Source: Heptranchias perlo (Eukaryota). Taken from it: a stretch of 64,000 bases of DNA. Made by a program: the position numbers and the translations under genes. Location of the stretch: assembly GCF_035084215.1 (NCBI RefSeq), contig NC_090363.1, positions 1,488,001 through 1,552,000 of the forward strand, given 5' to 3'. The notes under the pieces were generated by a model. That model did no database searches. It was not told where the DNA came from and was given only the letters and a program-made list of their open reading frames with translations. Of the stretch, positions 13,547-25,796 are shown piece by piece; the stretch's first letter is position 1; every line of letters begins with the position of its first letter.

Positions 13547-13658
13547 CTGCAGCGGTTCAAGAAGGTAGCTCACCACCACCTTCTCAGGGGCAATTCAGGA
13601 TGGGCAATAAATGCCGGCCTCATCAGCGACGCCCACATCCCATGAACGAATAAAAAAA
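13547..13658 (+). mobile_element. LINE 3' tail ('HHHLLKGN' family)
   Basis: CTGCAGCGGTTCAAGAAGG...CCCACATCCCATGAACGAATAAAAAA. Confidence 0.85.
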
Positions 13659-14997
13659 ACTAATCCCACTGCCCCACTCTCTCCCCATAGTCCTGTATCA
13701 ATCCCAAACTAATCCCACTGCCCCACTCTCTCCCCATAGTCCTGTATCAATCCCAAACTAATCCCACTGCCCCACTCTCTCCCCATAGTCCTGTATCAAT
13801 CCCAAACTAATCCCACTGCCCCACTCTCTCCCCATAGCCCTGTATCAATCCCCTAACTAATCCCACTGCCCCACTCTCTCCCCATAGTCCTGTATCAATC
13901 CCAAACTAATCCCACTGCCCCACTCTCTCCCCATAGTCCTGTATCAATCCCAAACTAATCCCACTGCCCCACTCTCTCCCCATAGTCCTGTATCAATCCC
14001 AAACTAATCCCACTGCCCCACTCTCTCCCCATAGCCCTGTATCAATCCCCAAACTAATCCCACTGCCCCACTCTCTCCCCATAGTCCTGTATCAATCCCA
14101 AACTAATCCCACTGCCCCACTCTCTCCCCATAGCCCTGTATCAATCCCAAACTAATCCCACTGCCCCGCTCTCTCCCCATAGTCCTGTATCAATCCCAAA
14201 CTAATCTCACTGCCCCGCTCTCCCCCCATAGCCCTGTATCAATCCCCAAACTAATCCCACTGCCCCGCTCTCTCCCCATAGCCCTGTATCAATCCCAAAC
14301 TAATCCCACTGCCCCACTCTCTCCCCATAGTCCTGTATCAATCCCAAACTAATCCCACTGCCCCACTCTCTCCCCATAGTCCTGTATCAATCCCAAACTA
14401 ATCCCACTGCCCCACTCTCTCCCCATAGTCCTGTATCAATCCCAAACTAATCCCACTGCCCCACTCTCTCCCCATAGTCCTGTATCAATCCCAAACTAAT
14501 CCCACTGCCCCACTCTCTCCCCATAGTCCTGTATCAATCCCAAACTAATCCCACTGCCCCGCTCTCTCCCCATAGTCCTGTATCAATCCCAAACTAATCT
14601 CACTGCCCCGCTCTCCCCCCATAGCCCTGTATCAATCCCCAAACTAATCCCACTGCCCCGCTCTCTCCCCATAGCCCTGTAGCAATCCCAAACTAATCCC
14701 ACTGCCCCACTCTCTCCCCATAGTCCTGTATCAATCCCAAACTAATCCCACTGCCCCACTCTCTCCCCATAGTCCTGTATCAATCCCAAACTAATCCCAC
14801 TGCCCCACTCTCTCCCCATAGTCCTGTATCAATCCCAAACTAATCCCACTGCCCCACTCTCTCCCCATAGTCCTGTATCAATCCCAAACTAATCCCACTG
14901 CCCCACTCTCTCCCCATAGTCCTGTATCAATCCCAAACTAATCCCACTGCCCCACTCTCTCCCCATAGCTCTGTATCAATCCCAAACTAATCCCACC
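13659..14997. repeat. 49-bp minisatellite (AACTAATCCCACTGCCCCACTCTCTCCCCATAGTCCTGTATCAATCCCA), ~27 copies
   Basis: Directly visible; unit resembles the CR1 3' UTR at 5211-5250. Confidence 0.95.
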
Positions 14998-15433
14998 GCC
15001 TGGGTGGGATATTAAAGTGTACGGGGAGTGAGGGTGGAGTGTGGGATTAGACTGGGTGGGATATTAAAGTGTATGGGGAGTGAGGGGGAGAGTGGGATTA
15101 GACTGGGTGGGATATTAAAGTGTATGGGGAGTCAGAAACCCGGGGAGAGGAGGATATTGTGAGTTGTGCTGCCTGTTTTGAGGAGGTTGTGTTTCTGGCT
15201 CTGTCGGTGGATGTTCTGTGTGATGTGTGTCACGCGGCCTCTGCTCTGAGCCGATCTCACGGAGAAAGTCCACAATCAGCGGGACTTCTGGTCTTAATTC
15301 TTTCCCTTTTCCATTTGTTTGTTGTGCAGGAGATGCTTCGAGTATTCCTGGGATGGACTAACAGCTCCCTCTTCACACGCCTGCGATTTCCTGTACTGGT
15401 CAGGCCGCCGTCTACACCACCCCCATCACCGTC

Positions 15434-16516
15434 ATGCAACTCTCCTCCAGTAAACGGCGAGTGTCGCGGTGTTTGCCGAAACTGTTGCTTTTGTCGGCTG
15501 CCTGTGTCCTGGTCCTGATCGTCTTCTCGGCCGGGTATATCGAGGAATGGGTTCTGCGACCCTCCCCCAATCCCTTCGCTGCCCAGAGCTTCTCCCAGAC
15601 CAGGAGGGAGGCGGCAAACTTCAACAGGGAGACCCTCGAGCGGGAAGCCTCAAGATTCTACCGGGTGTCCAACCCGAGAGCGTGCCACGGTTCCCCGGTC
15701 TTCCTGCTGGGTTTCGTAGCCAGCAAACCGGCTCATTTCCAAAGCCGGCGGGCCATCAGGAGCAGCTGGGCCTCAGTGACGGAGGTGCAAGGCCGTGTGG
15801 TCCGGACGCTTTTCGCGGTGGGGGTCCCCGAGTCCGAGGAGGAGCGGGAGCTGATCGGTGAGGAATCGGAGCGGTACCAGGACTTGGTGCAAGGACTCTT
15901 TGTTGACACTTACCTCAACCTCACCCACAAAACCATCATGATTATGCGTTGGTTCAGCACCTACTGCCCAAGTGCGCAGTACCTCCTGAAAGTCGACGAT
16001 GACGTTTTCTTGAACTATCACAACCTGGTGGGGCACCTGATAGGGCTGGGTGATGGGCAAGAGGACCTGTACCTGGGTCGAGTGCACAGGAAAGTCAGGG
16101 CGGTTCGAAACTCCAGCAGCCTGTACTACGTCCCCGAATCAGTGTACCCGGGAAAGATCTACCCCAACTACTGCAGTGGAACCTCTTACGTCGTGTCCAA
16201 GGACGTTGCTTACAAGGTCTACGTGGTAGCACTCTCCCTTCCGCTGCTCACCATTGAAGACGTCTTTGTTGGGATCTGCGCCAAGAAGGTGGGCGTGTGG
16301 CCGACGCACACTTCAAAGATGTCCGGGGGACCCCGCTTTCACTTCAGTCGCTGTTGCTACAAGTCGATATACGCCTCCCATCACATATCAGCTGACGAGT
16401 TTGTTCCGATCTGGAGGCTGGTGAATGACAGCAGGGACTGCTCGGTGGTCACAAAATACGCTGCCCTGTTTGTCTGCAACTTTCTGAATTTGGTGGATGT
16501 GATTCTTGCTGCGTAA
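15434..16516 (+). CDS. B3GALT4: Beta-1,3-galactosyltransferase 4-like (GT31), 360 aa, single coding exon
   Basis: Type II TM segment near the N-terminus. GT31 motifs RRAIRSSW, DTYLNLTHKT, LKVDDDVFLN, YPNYCSG and EDVFVGICA. Starts MQL like mammalian B3GALT4 and is convergent with WDR46 as in the mammalian MHC. AATAAA at 17258 and 17816. Confidence 0.88.
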   Translation: MQLSSSKRRVSRCLPKLLLLSAACVLVLIVFSAGYIEEWVLRPSPNPFAAQSFSQTRREAANFNRETLEREASRFYRVSNPRACHGSPVFLLGFVASKPAHFQSRRAIRSSWASVTEVQGRVVRTLFAVGVPESEEERELIGEESERYQDLVQGLFVDTYLNLTHKTIMIMRWFSTYCPSAQYLLKVDDDVFLNYHNLVGHLIGLGDGQEDLYLGRVHRKVRAVRNSSSLYYVPESVYPGKIYPNYCSGTSYVVSKDVAYKVYVVALSLPLLTIEDVFVGICAKKVGVWPTHTSKMSGGPRFHFSRCCYKSIYASHHISADEFVPIWRLVNDSRDCSVVTKYAALFVCNFLNLVDVILAA

Positions 16517-16684
16517 GGCAGCCTGGCAGGACACAGGATGGTCCAATCAACGGGCAGGGGTGCTCGACATTTCATAGACCATGATCGATTGCCCCATGTG
16601 GTTAGTTTCTTAATCTCCGAGGATCTGGCCCCGTGGAGTAGAGACTTTTGCCATAGACTCTGGGTGGGGGAGGGGGAGGACCAG

Positions 16685-17030
16685 ACATTTATCTAGCGCT
16701 TTATCAGACCTCAGAAACATCCCAAAGCACACGATGTACAATCAGTTACTTTGAATGTGATTTCTAGGCAATCACAGCAACCATTTTGCAGACAATCCAG
16801 CAGGTGAATTTCCAGTTCATTTTTCGGGTAAGGGGATGGATACTGGCTGGGGGACTTGGAGATCTTTAACGTCCGTCCAAACTACCGAGGACAGACAGAG
16901 GGAGCTTCGGTTTAATGTCTCACTCAATGTACAGCCTCTCTGACAATGCAGCGATCCCTCCAGCGCTGCAGTGAACGCTCAGGTCTCGGGAGTGGGACTG
17001 GAGCTCACAAAACTCTGAGGCAGAACTGAC
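16685..17030 (-). mobile_element. Degenerate SINE in the probable B3GALT4 3' UTR
   Basis: Collinear but diverged match to the SINE copies at 33500 and 39098. Confidence 0.55.
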
Positions 17031-18496
17031 GCCCTCAACAGTCAAAGTCGACCTGGACAATTCTTCTTGTTGGGTCAACAGCTTCATTAGTGGAAACCTG
17101 GGGGATTGGGCTTAACATGGAGTGGGGAAGGGTGAGGGAGGAAGTGGAAGAGAGAGTTGTGTGAACAACTGCAAAAAGCCCAGAAACATAACTGCTATTT
17201 GTATGGTTAATCCAACCTCTCAAAACAAGTCTTTCCCCAATCTTGTCATCAACATCAAATAAATTAAAGTTTCCCCAAGTGTTTAATTTGATTGCATGAC
17301 AACCAAAATCTTGTGTCACAACAAATTGACCTCCTGAGTGAGTCAAGACAAGGTGCAGGCTTCAGATGGAATGGGATTAGAGAGTGGAGTATAACTGGTT
17401 ATAACTGGACCAGAGCGCACTGATGTAATTCAGTCCCATTTTAAAGTCATACATTCTGTACTTATTTTTATATTTCCATTATAAATTCTAGGGCGGTGGA
17501 AGCAGATTCAATAATAACTTTCAAAAGGGAATTGGATAAATACTCGAAGGGGAAAATTTGCAGGGGAATGGGACTAATTGGATAGCTCTTTCAAAGAGCC
17601 GGCACAGGCACGATGGGCCGAATGGCCTCCTCCTGTGCTGCATGATTTATAATTAAAACTGCCTATGTAAACGTCACACTGTAATTACACCTTCTTCCCA
17701 GTGGTGGCGGTGTACAATTGGACAGGAAGTGGGGAGAGACCTGAGACGCTTAATGTATTATGTAAAAAAATTAAAATTCAAAACTGCTGCAAGTATGTTT
17801 ATTAAAAAAAAAGTAAATAAAGTCTCCAATAATTGTGTTTTCCAACTTTAGTGTTAGCCCTGACATTGAAAACTGAACAGTACCCAGCGCTCCAAAATCG
17901 CAGGGGACCTGATGGTATTTGTGCTGCTGAGATCAAAGATGTAATCTGTGGAAACAAAGAGTCAGGGTTGAATAATTTAAATTGAAATGTCACACCAGTA
18001 CCTGGAAATGTTACACCGATATCATACTACAAAACTATTTTACAGAGCTATGGGGAAAGAGCAGGGGTGGGGAGTAGGTCTAATTGGATGGGCTGAATGG
18101 CCTCCTTCTGTGCTGTACCATACTCTGATAACCTGGAATTTGGCTCGATTCAGCTAGACATTTCAGAGTTTGATCTGGTTGAAGGATTTGCCTGTGACTA
18201 TTCAGGAGGTTAGCTGCATTTAACGGGGAAGCTCGATAAGTGAAGGAGGGAGAAAGGAACAGAAGGATAGCCTGATCGGGTGAGATGAAGTGGGTGGGAG
18301 CAGGGCTCGTGTGGAATGTAAACAGCGGCAGAGACCGGGTGGGCTGTTTCCGAGCTGCGAGCTGCGATAGGAACACGACTTCTGTTTTCTACATCCTGAG
18401 ATGTCCTGTGTGATTTTGTAATCCGTGGCAGCAGCAAACCAACCAATGAAGGCAGCCTGCAGGAATCCTCCATTCCACACCTTCTGAGGTAAAGAC

Positions 18497-18795
18497 TTGC
18501 ATTCATTTAGCGCCTTGCACGGCCTCAGGACGTCCCAAAGTGTTTCACAGCCGACGAAGTACATTTTGAAGTGTAGTCACTGTTGTAGGAAATGTGGCAG
18601 CCAATTTGCGCACAGCAAGATCCCACAAACAGCAATGTGATAAATGACCGGATAATCTGCTTCAGTGATGTTGGTTGAGGGATAAATATTGGCCCCTGTG
18701 AGAAATCCCTTGCTGTTCTTCGAAATAGTGGCCATGGGATCTTTTACATCCACCTGAGGGGCCTCGGTTTAACGTCTCATCCGAAAGACCTTTAA
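18497..18795 (-). mobile_element. Deu-domain-type SINE (3' two-thirds)
   Basis: Tail and core match the other copies; runs directly into the 33-bp array. Confidence 0.85.
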
Positions 18796-19803
18796 CAGTG
18801 CAGCGCTCCCTCATTACCGCCCCTCCGACAGTGCAGCGCTCCCTCATTACCGCCCCTCCGACAGTGCAGCGCTCCCTCATTACCGCCCCTCCGACAGTGC
18901 AGCGCTCCCTCATTACCGCCCCTCCGACAGTGCAGCGCTCCCTCATTACCGCCCCTCCGACAGTGCAGCGCTCCCTCATTACCGCCCCTCCGACAGTGCA
19001 GCGCTCCCTCATTACCGCCCCTCCGACAGTGCAGCGCTCCCTCATTACCGCCCCTCCGACAGTGCAGCGCTCCCTCATTACCGCCCCTCCGACAGTGCAG
19101 CGCTCCCTCATTACCGCCCCTCCGACAGTGCAGCGCTCCCTCATTACCGCCCCTCCGACAGTGCAGCGCTCCCTCATTACCGCCCCTCCGACAGTGCAGC
19201 GCTCCCTCATTACCGCCCCTCCGACAGTGCAGCGCTCCCTCATTACCGCCCCTCCGACAGTGCAGCGCTCCCTCATTACCGCCCCTCCGACAGTGCAGCG
19301 CTCCCTCATTACCGCCCCTCCGACAGTGCAGCGCTCCCTCATTACCGCCCCTCCGACAGTGCAGCGCTCCCTCATTACCGCCCCTCCGACAGTGCAGCGC
19401 TCCCTCATTACCGCCCCTCCGACAGTGCAGCGCTCCCTCATTACCGCCCCTCCGACAGTGCAGCGCTCCCTCATTACCGCCCCTCCGACAGTGCAGCGCT
19501 CCCTCATTACCGCCCCTCCGACAGTGCAGCGCTCCCTCATTACCGCCCCTCCGACAGTGCAGCGCTCCCTCATTACCGCCCCTCCGACAGTGCAGCGCTC
19601 CCTCATTACCGCCCCTCCGACAGTGCAGCGCTCCCTCATTACCGCCCCTCCGACAGTGCAGCGCTCCCTCATTACCGCCCCTCCGACAGTGCAGCGCTCC
19701 CTCATTACCGCCCCTCCGACAGTGCAGCGCTCCCTCATTACCGCCCCGCCGACAGTGCAGCGCTCCCTCATTACCGCCCCTCCGACAGTGCAGCGCTCCC
19801 TCA
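18795..19803. repeat. 33-bp SINE-derived minisatellite (ACAGTGCAGCGCTCCCTCATTACCGCCCCTCCG), ~30 near-identical copies
   Basis: Directly visible. Confidence 0.97.
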
Positions 19804-20008
19804 GCGCTCTATCCCCCGTCTCTCCCCACCAACACCGAGAAGCAGACAGATCATACCACAGTCCTGATGAACCAGGTTTTCCCTGGCTCCCTCGCGGCCG
19901 TGCGCTCCGACCCACTCGATTGTTCCAGAGTTCGATGGACCCAGGTCTCCCAGCAGCCCAGGGACAGGAGAATCTCCTGCAGGGTGGGGGGGGGGGGGGC
20001 GGGAGGGG

Positions 20009-20210
20009 GCTCGAGGGGCTGAATGGCCTCCTCCTGTCCCTGTGTCACAAGCTCGAGGGGCTGAATGGCCTCCTCCTGTCCCTGTGTCACAGGCTCGAGG
20101 GGCTGAATGGCCTCCTCCTGTCCCTGTGTCACAGGCTCGAGGGGCTGAATGGCCTCCTCCTGTCCCTGTGTCACAGGCTCGAGGGGCTGAATGGCCTCCT
20201 CCTGCTCCTA
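20009..20210. repeat. 42-bp tandem repeat derived from a CR1 3' terminus
   Basis: GCTCGAGGGGCTGAATGGCCTCCTCCTGTCCCTGTGTCACAG x~4.7; single-copy form at ~28230. Confidence 0.9.
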
Positions 20211-20774
20211 TGAATAGTTTAAAGGGGTGTGGGGCGAGGCAAGTAGAAAAGGCAGCATGAAAGCCCGGCAGAGCGGGGCAGGTTCCAGCGCAAGAACCCT
20301 CGCCAGCACTGAACAGGGACGGGGTCCCAGAGATGTTCCTGTGCATTTCACCCCCCCCTCCCTTCCCCATTTCCTGTTCCTATTTAAAGGCTGTTCAACA
20401 GCTTCCAGCTTTGACACGGGGTTCTAACCACAAACATCAACTGGTCTGTTGTTTCCGACTAACCCTGCCAGGCCCTGCTGAGTGATTCCGGCACCTTCTG
20501 TTTCAGATATCCAGCGTCTGCAGTGTGTCGCTTTTTTTCTTAAAGCCGTCGTTTGTGGCTCTGTCCCCTGCGCGAGTGACGACCACCTGCGACCTGCTGC
20601 ATTGGATCCACGGCCCGAACAGGGACAATAATAATTTGGTGACAAATCCCAGAAAACTGGTCTCACTGAGGTCACTGGCCCAGCTCAGACTCTGTTTCAC
20701 TTCCTGCTAAATATACTGTGGTGGGGTTAGACACTCAAGGCCAAGGGTTCTGGTGAGATATCAGAGAAAGTTAG

Positions 20775-21977
20775 GGCACAGGAGGAGGCCATTCGGCCCA
20801 TTGTATCCATGCCGGCCAAAAAAGAGCTGTCCAGCTTAATCCCACTCTCCAGCACTTGGTCCGTAGCCCTGCAGATCACGGCTCTTCAGGTGCACATCCA
20901 GGTGCTTTTTAAATGAGTTCAGGGTTTCTGCCTCTACCACCCCCTCAGGCAGTGAGTTCCAGACCCCCACCACCCTCTGGGGGAAAAAAATGTTCCTCAG
21001 CTCCCCTCTAATCCTTCTACCAATTACTTTAAATCTGTGCCCCCTGGTTATTGACCTCTCTGCTAAGGGAAATAGGTCCTCCCTATCCACTCTATCTAGT
21101 CCCATCATAATTTTATACACCTCAATTAAATCTCCCCTCAGCCTCCTCTGGTCCAAAGAAAACAACCCCAGCCGATCCAATCTTACCTCATAACTAAAAT
21201 TCTCCAGTTCTGCAACATCCTCGTAAATCTCCTCTGTACCCTCTCTAGTGCAGTCACATCTTTCCTGTAATGTGGTGACCAGAACTGTACTCAAGCTGTG
21301 GCCTAACTAGTGTTTTATACAGTTCCAGCATAACCTCCCTGCTCTTACATTCAATGCCTCGGCTAATAAAGGAAAGTATCCCATATGCCTTTTTAACCAC
21401 CTTATCTACCTGTCCTGCTACCTTCAGGGATCTGTGGACATGCATTCCAAGGTCCCTCACTTCCTCTACATCTCTCAGTATCCTCCCATTTATTGTGTAT
21501 TCCCTTGCCTCGTTTGCCCTCCCCAAATGCATTACCTCACACTTCTCTGGATTGAATTCCATTTGCCACTTTTCTGCCCACCTGACCAGTCCATTGATAT
21601 CTTCCTGCAGTCTACAGCTTTCCTCCTCACTATCAACCACACGGCCAATTTTTGTATCATCTGCAAACTTCTTCATCATGCCCCTTACATTTAAGTCCAA
21701 ATCATTAATATATATCAAAAAAAGCAAGGGACCGAGTACTGATCCCTGCAGAACCCCACTGGAAACAGCCTTCCAGTCACAAAAACACCCGTCGACCATT
21801 ACCCTTTGCTTCCTGCCACTGAGCCAATTTTGGATCTAACTTGCCACTTTCCCTTGGATCCCATGGACTTTTACTTTTTTGACCAGTGTGCCATGTGGGA
21901 CTTTGTCAAAAGCCTTGCTAAAATCCATGTAGACTACGTCAAACGCACTACCCTCATCGACCCTCCTTGTTACCTGC
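20775..21977 (-). mobile_element. CR1-type LINE fragment (RT C-terminus, frameshifted)
   Basis: YMDFSKAFDKV, QGSVLGP, KFADD, RPQLEY and WNSLP across three frames. Confidence 0.9.
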
Positions 21978-22415
21978 TCAATTGGCACCCGTTTGATTGA
22001 CACCCCATCCACCACCCTAAACATTTACTCCCTTCACCACTGGCACACAGTGGCTGCAGTGTGTACCATCCACAGGATGCACTGCAGCAACTCGCCATGG
22101 CTTCTTCGACAGCACCTCCCAAACCCGCGACCTCTACCACCTAGAAGGACAAGGGCAGCAGGTACATGGGAACAACACCAACTGCACATTCCCCTCCATG
22201 TCAAACACCATCCCGACTTGGAAATATATCGCCGTTCCTTCATCGTCGCTGGGTCAAAATCCTGGAACTCCCTTCCTAACAGCACTGTGGGAGAACCTTC
22301 ACCACACGGACTGCAGCGGTTCAAGAAGGCGGCTCACCACCACCTTCTCAAGGGCAATTAGGGATGGGCAATAAATGCCGGCCTCGCCAACGACGCCCAC
22401 ATCCCATGAACAAAT
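21978..22415 (+). mobile_element. LINE 3' end ('HHHLLKGN' family)
   Basis: Highly similar to 27770-28198. Confidence 0.88.
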
Positions 22416-22974
22416 AAAAAAAATAAAAAATTCAAATCAAGTTAGTGATCCACAACCTTCCCGTAACAAATCCATGCTGACTGTCCTTGATATCTGTAAC
22501 AGGCTGCATGTTCTATCGATGCAAAGTAAAAAGGAATTATGCAAAGCCACACGCTTTAATCACACAACAGGGCAGAGTTTCAGGAATAGCCAGAATGGAT
22601 GGAACTCCAGTCAATAGTCAGGCAGGGCTGTGCACAGCAAGCCATAAAAAGCTGACAAATCTCCAAGCTTCCTGTTATTTTAATTACTTTGGCAGAAATA
22701 TCACTCTCAGCATCTGACCATTGCAGGCTAAAATTACTTTGGGATTTAATATAAAAGAAGTTTTAAGCACAATATTATCAATTTAGGAATGTTTTTAATG
22801 ATGTCCAGTTCTAGAAAGGTGGGACTAAGTGACCTGGTGGTTTGGTCTATATGTTCACCCCAAACCTCTGATAAACCTAGTGCATGGGTGAGCCCCAATA
22901 AAACAAGTGCACGCAGCAGGTTTAGGGTGCTAGCTGACACCCGTGTAATGTGAGACTGAACTAGACAAACAACC

Positions 22975-23728
22975 TGCATTTATACAGCGCCTTTAATGTA
23001 GTAAAACGTCCCAAGGCACTTCACAGGAGCGATTATCAGACAAAATTTCACACCGAGGCACATAAGGAGATATTAGGACAGGTGAGGGAGGTTTTAAGGA
23101 CCGTTTTAAAAGGAGAGAGGTGGAGAGGTTTAGGGAGGGAATTCCAGAGCTTAAGGCCCAGGCAGCTGAAGGCACGGCCGCCAATGGTGGAGCGAAGAAA
23201 ATCGGGGACGTGCAAGAGGCCAGAATTGGAGGAGCGCAGAGATCTCGGAGGATTGTAGGGCTGGAGGAGGTTACAGAGATAGGGAGGGGCGAGGGCCATG
23301 GAGGGATTTGATCACAAGGCTAAGAATTTTAAAATCGAGGCGTTCCCGGACCGGGAGCCAATGTCGGTCAGGGAGAACGGGACTTGGTGCGAGTTAGGAT
23401 TCAGGCAGCAGAGTTATGGATGAGCTCAAGTTTACGGAGGGTGGAAGATGGGAGGCCAGTCAAGAGAGGATTGAAATAGTCCAGTCTGGAGGTAACAAAG
23501 GCACGGACGAGGGTTTCAGCAGCTGATGAGCTGAGGCCGGGGAGGAGACGGGCAACGTTACGGAGGTGGAAGTAGGCGGTCTTGGTGATGGAGCGGATAT
23601 GCGGTCGGAAGCTTAAATAGGACGCCATGGTTACGAACGGTCTGGTTCGGCCTCAGACAGGGGCCAGGGAGAGGGATAGAGTCGGTGGCGAGGGAACGGA
23701 GTTTGTGGCAGGGACCAAAGACAATGGC
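22975..23728 (-). mobile_element. L2-like LINE 3' part
   Basis: [16 protein letters not shown] and LWNSLP remnants; conserved tail. Confidence 0.85.
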
Positions 23729-24078
23729 CAGAGAGTGCTTACGCAAAGCTTTACTTGAACAGGCCCTGTGAAAAATATTTTCAAGTTTCGAGCAGTATCT
23801 TGAGGGACTAAACGCAATTCCCTTTAAGTGATTTTTAAAAGATCTCATTTCTCCGTTAAGTCTTTGGTTACAGCAGAATCTCCTGGGAAAGATACATTCC
23901 AATCATTTCGGACTAAGCGTTCCCTCGGATTTATTCTATTGACCTCACTGTTTACGAGGAACACAAAATGAGATTTCTTGGTTTTTAAAGTTTCTTAATT
24001 GATGGATCAATTTCAATTAAAAAGCTGGTTGTTAACATCACTGTAACATCCGGGTAACAACGAAAGGGTTTGTGCCCC

Positions 24079-24528
24079 GAGTGGCGGAGGAGCTGACTCG
24101 ACCCGGGGAGGGAGTGGCGGAGGATCTGACTAGACCCGGGGGGGGGGGGGGGGGGAGTGGCGGAGGATCTGACTCGACCCCGGGGAGGGAGTGGCGGAGG
24201 ATCTGACTAGACCCGGGGGGGGGGGGGGGGGGGGGAGTGGCGGAGGATCTGACTCGACCCCGGGGGGGGGGGGGGGGAGTGGCGGAGGAGCTGACTCGAC
24301 CCCGGGGAGGGAGTGGCGGAGGAGCTGACTCGACCCTGGGGGGGGGGGGGGGGGGGGAGTGGCGGAGGAGCTGACTCGACCCCGGGGAGGGAGTGGCGGA
24401 GGAGCTGACTCGACCCTGGGGGGGGGGGGGGGGGGGGGGGGAGTGGCGGAGGAGCTGACTCGACCCTGGGGGGGGGAGTGGCGGAGGATCTGACTCGACC
24501 CGGGGGTGGGGGGGGGGGGATCTGACTC
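24079..24528. repeat. G-run minisatellite (GGAGTGGCGGAGGAGCTGACTCGACCC-Gn)
   Basis: About 10 copies with variable poly-G. Confidence 0.9.
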
Positions 24529-25388
24529 AAGGCAACACGAAGGAACATTTTTTTTATGCAGCGAGTTGTGATGATCTGGAATGCGCTGCCTGAAAGGGCG
24601 GTGGAAGCAGATTCAATAATAACTTTCAAAAGGTAATTGGATATGTTTGCAGGTTTATGGGGAAAGAACAGGGGAGTGGGACTAATTGGATAGCTCTTTC
24701 AAAGAGCCGGCACAGGCACAATGGGCCGAATGGTCTCCTTCTGTGCTATTACATATTATGATACTTGATCACTGGGCTGCTTGGTGAAACAATGATCAGG
24801 CTGGACTGGCATCGGTGGTTTGCTCCACAATTTTCTCCCTTTCTTTTTTTGAAAAAACTGCTGTCGGGTTTTTAAAATAAATTAATTCTCGGACCGTGGG
24901 TCTTGCTGTCGAGGCCGGCATTCGTTGTCCGTTCCGAGCACGGTCGTGCGACAGGCACCTCACCCGAGGGGCGTCAGACTCAGGGCCAATGATGCTCTCT
25001 GCCGATATCCGGCCACACACAGGGCCGGGGTGGGGTCTCTGGATGGCCCCTCAATGCATCCCCCCCCCCCACCCCTCCTGGCCCAGGAGCACCGAGACCA
25101 GCTGCAGCCTCTCTTGCCCTGGTGGAGATCAGATAGAGGAGCGGGTACCCAGGGAGGGGACATCTTCGACCCTGTGTGAGACCCTGGCCCAGCCAGGAAC
25201 CATAGAGCTGTGCACTGGACAACAGCAAGCGACTGCCTGCCTGCGGAGAACCATTGGCTGGTCACACGGCCCAGAGAGAAGAAAACAATTAAAGATAAAA
25301 CAATTTTATAAATAATCAAAAATAAACACAGGGCACGAGGTTAGGAAGTTAATTTCCTTTCACAGAGATGCCATTTCATATGGAAAGG

Positions 25389-25394
25389 TTTATT
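25389..25394 (-). terminator. Candidate polyadenylation signal of WDR46
   Basis: AATAAA on the minus strand ~290 nt after the stop codon. Confidence 0.55.
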
Positions 25395-25685
25395 TGGTAT
25401 TGTTAAAATAAATTGCACAAATTATTGCTGAATATTTTGATCCAATAGGATCCGTCAGCTCACCGCAAAATCACCGGCACGTCAAACTCCTGACTCAAGT
25501 CAAGTGGAACAGTCGGTGCAGCACCGAGTGAGATTGACAGGCGGTCCCCTCGCTGCACTTCGTCCTGTGTCAGTACAGAACACATCAGCCCGAGTGTCAC
25601 GCACGCACACACGCAGGACCGTGGGGAGGTGGGAATGTGTCCGGGATTTCTCGCTGCTCCTGAGCTTTGTGGCGATGAAATGGAA

Positions 25686-25796
25686 TTATTTTTTGAAACG
25701 GTCCAAGGCCGTGCCCTGATGTGGAGATGCCTTTTCTGTCACTTTCTGCTCTTCCTGGACCTTCACTTTCTCCTCAATGCTCTGTCGGATTAATTG
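25686..25796 (-). CDS. WDR46: WDR46 exon 16 (terminal)
   Basis: tttttgcag|[36 protein letters not shown]. Confidence 0.9.
   Translation of the reverse strand, partial: QLIRQSIEEKVKVQEEQKVTEKASPHQGTALDRFKK

Noticed and set aside
8057-13645. Long ORFs with repeated CTEC 'zinc-finger-like' motifs
   Set aside because: Translation of a 36-bp minisatellite, with frame hopping at 37-bp units, no His ligands and no splice context.
18662-20213. 417/471-aa repetitive (mucin-like) ORFs
   Set aside because: Stop-free 33-bp SINE-derived array.
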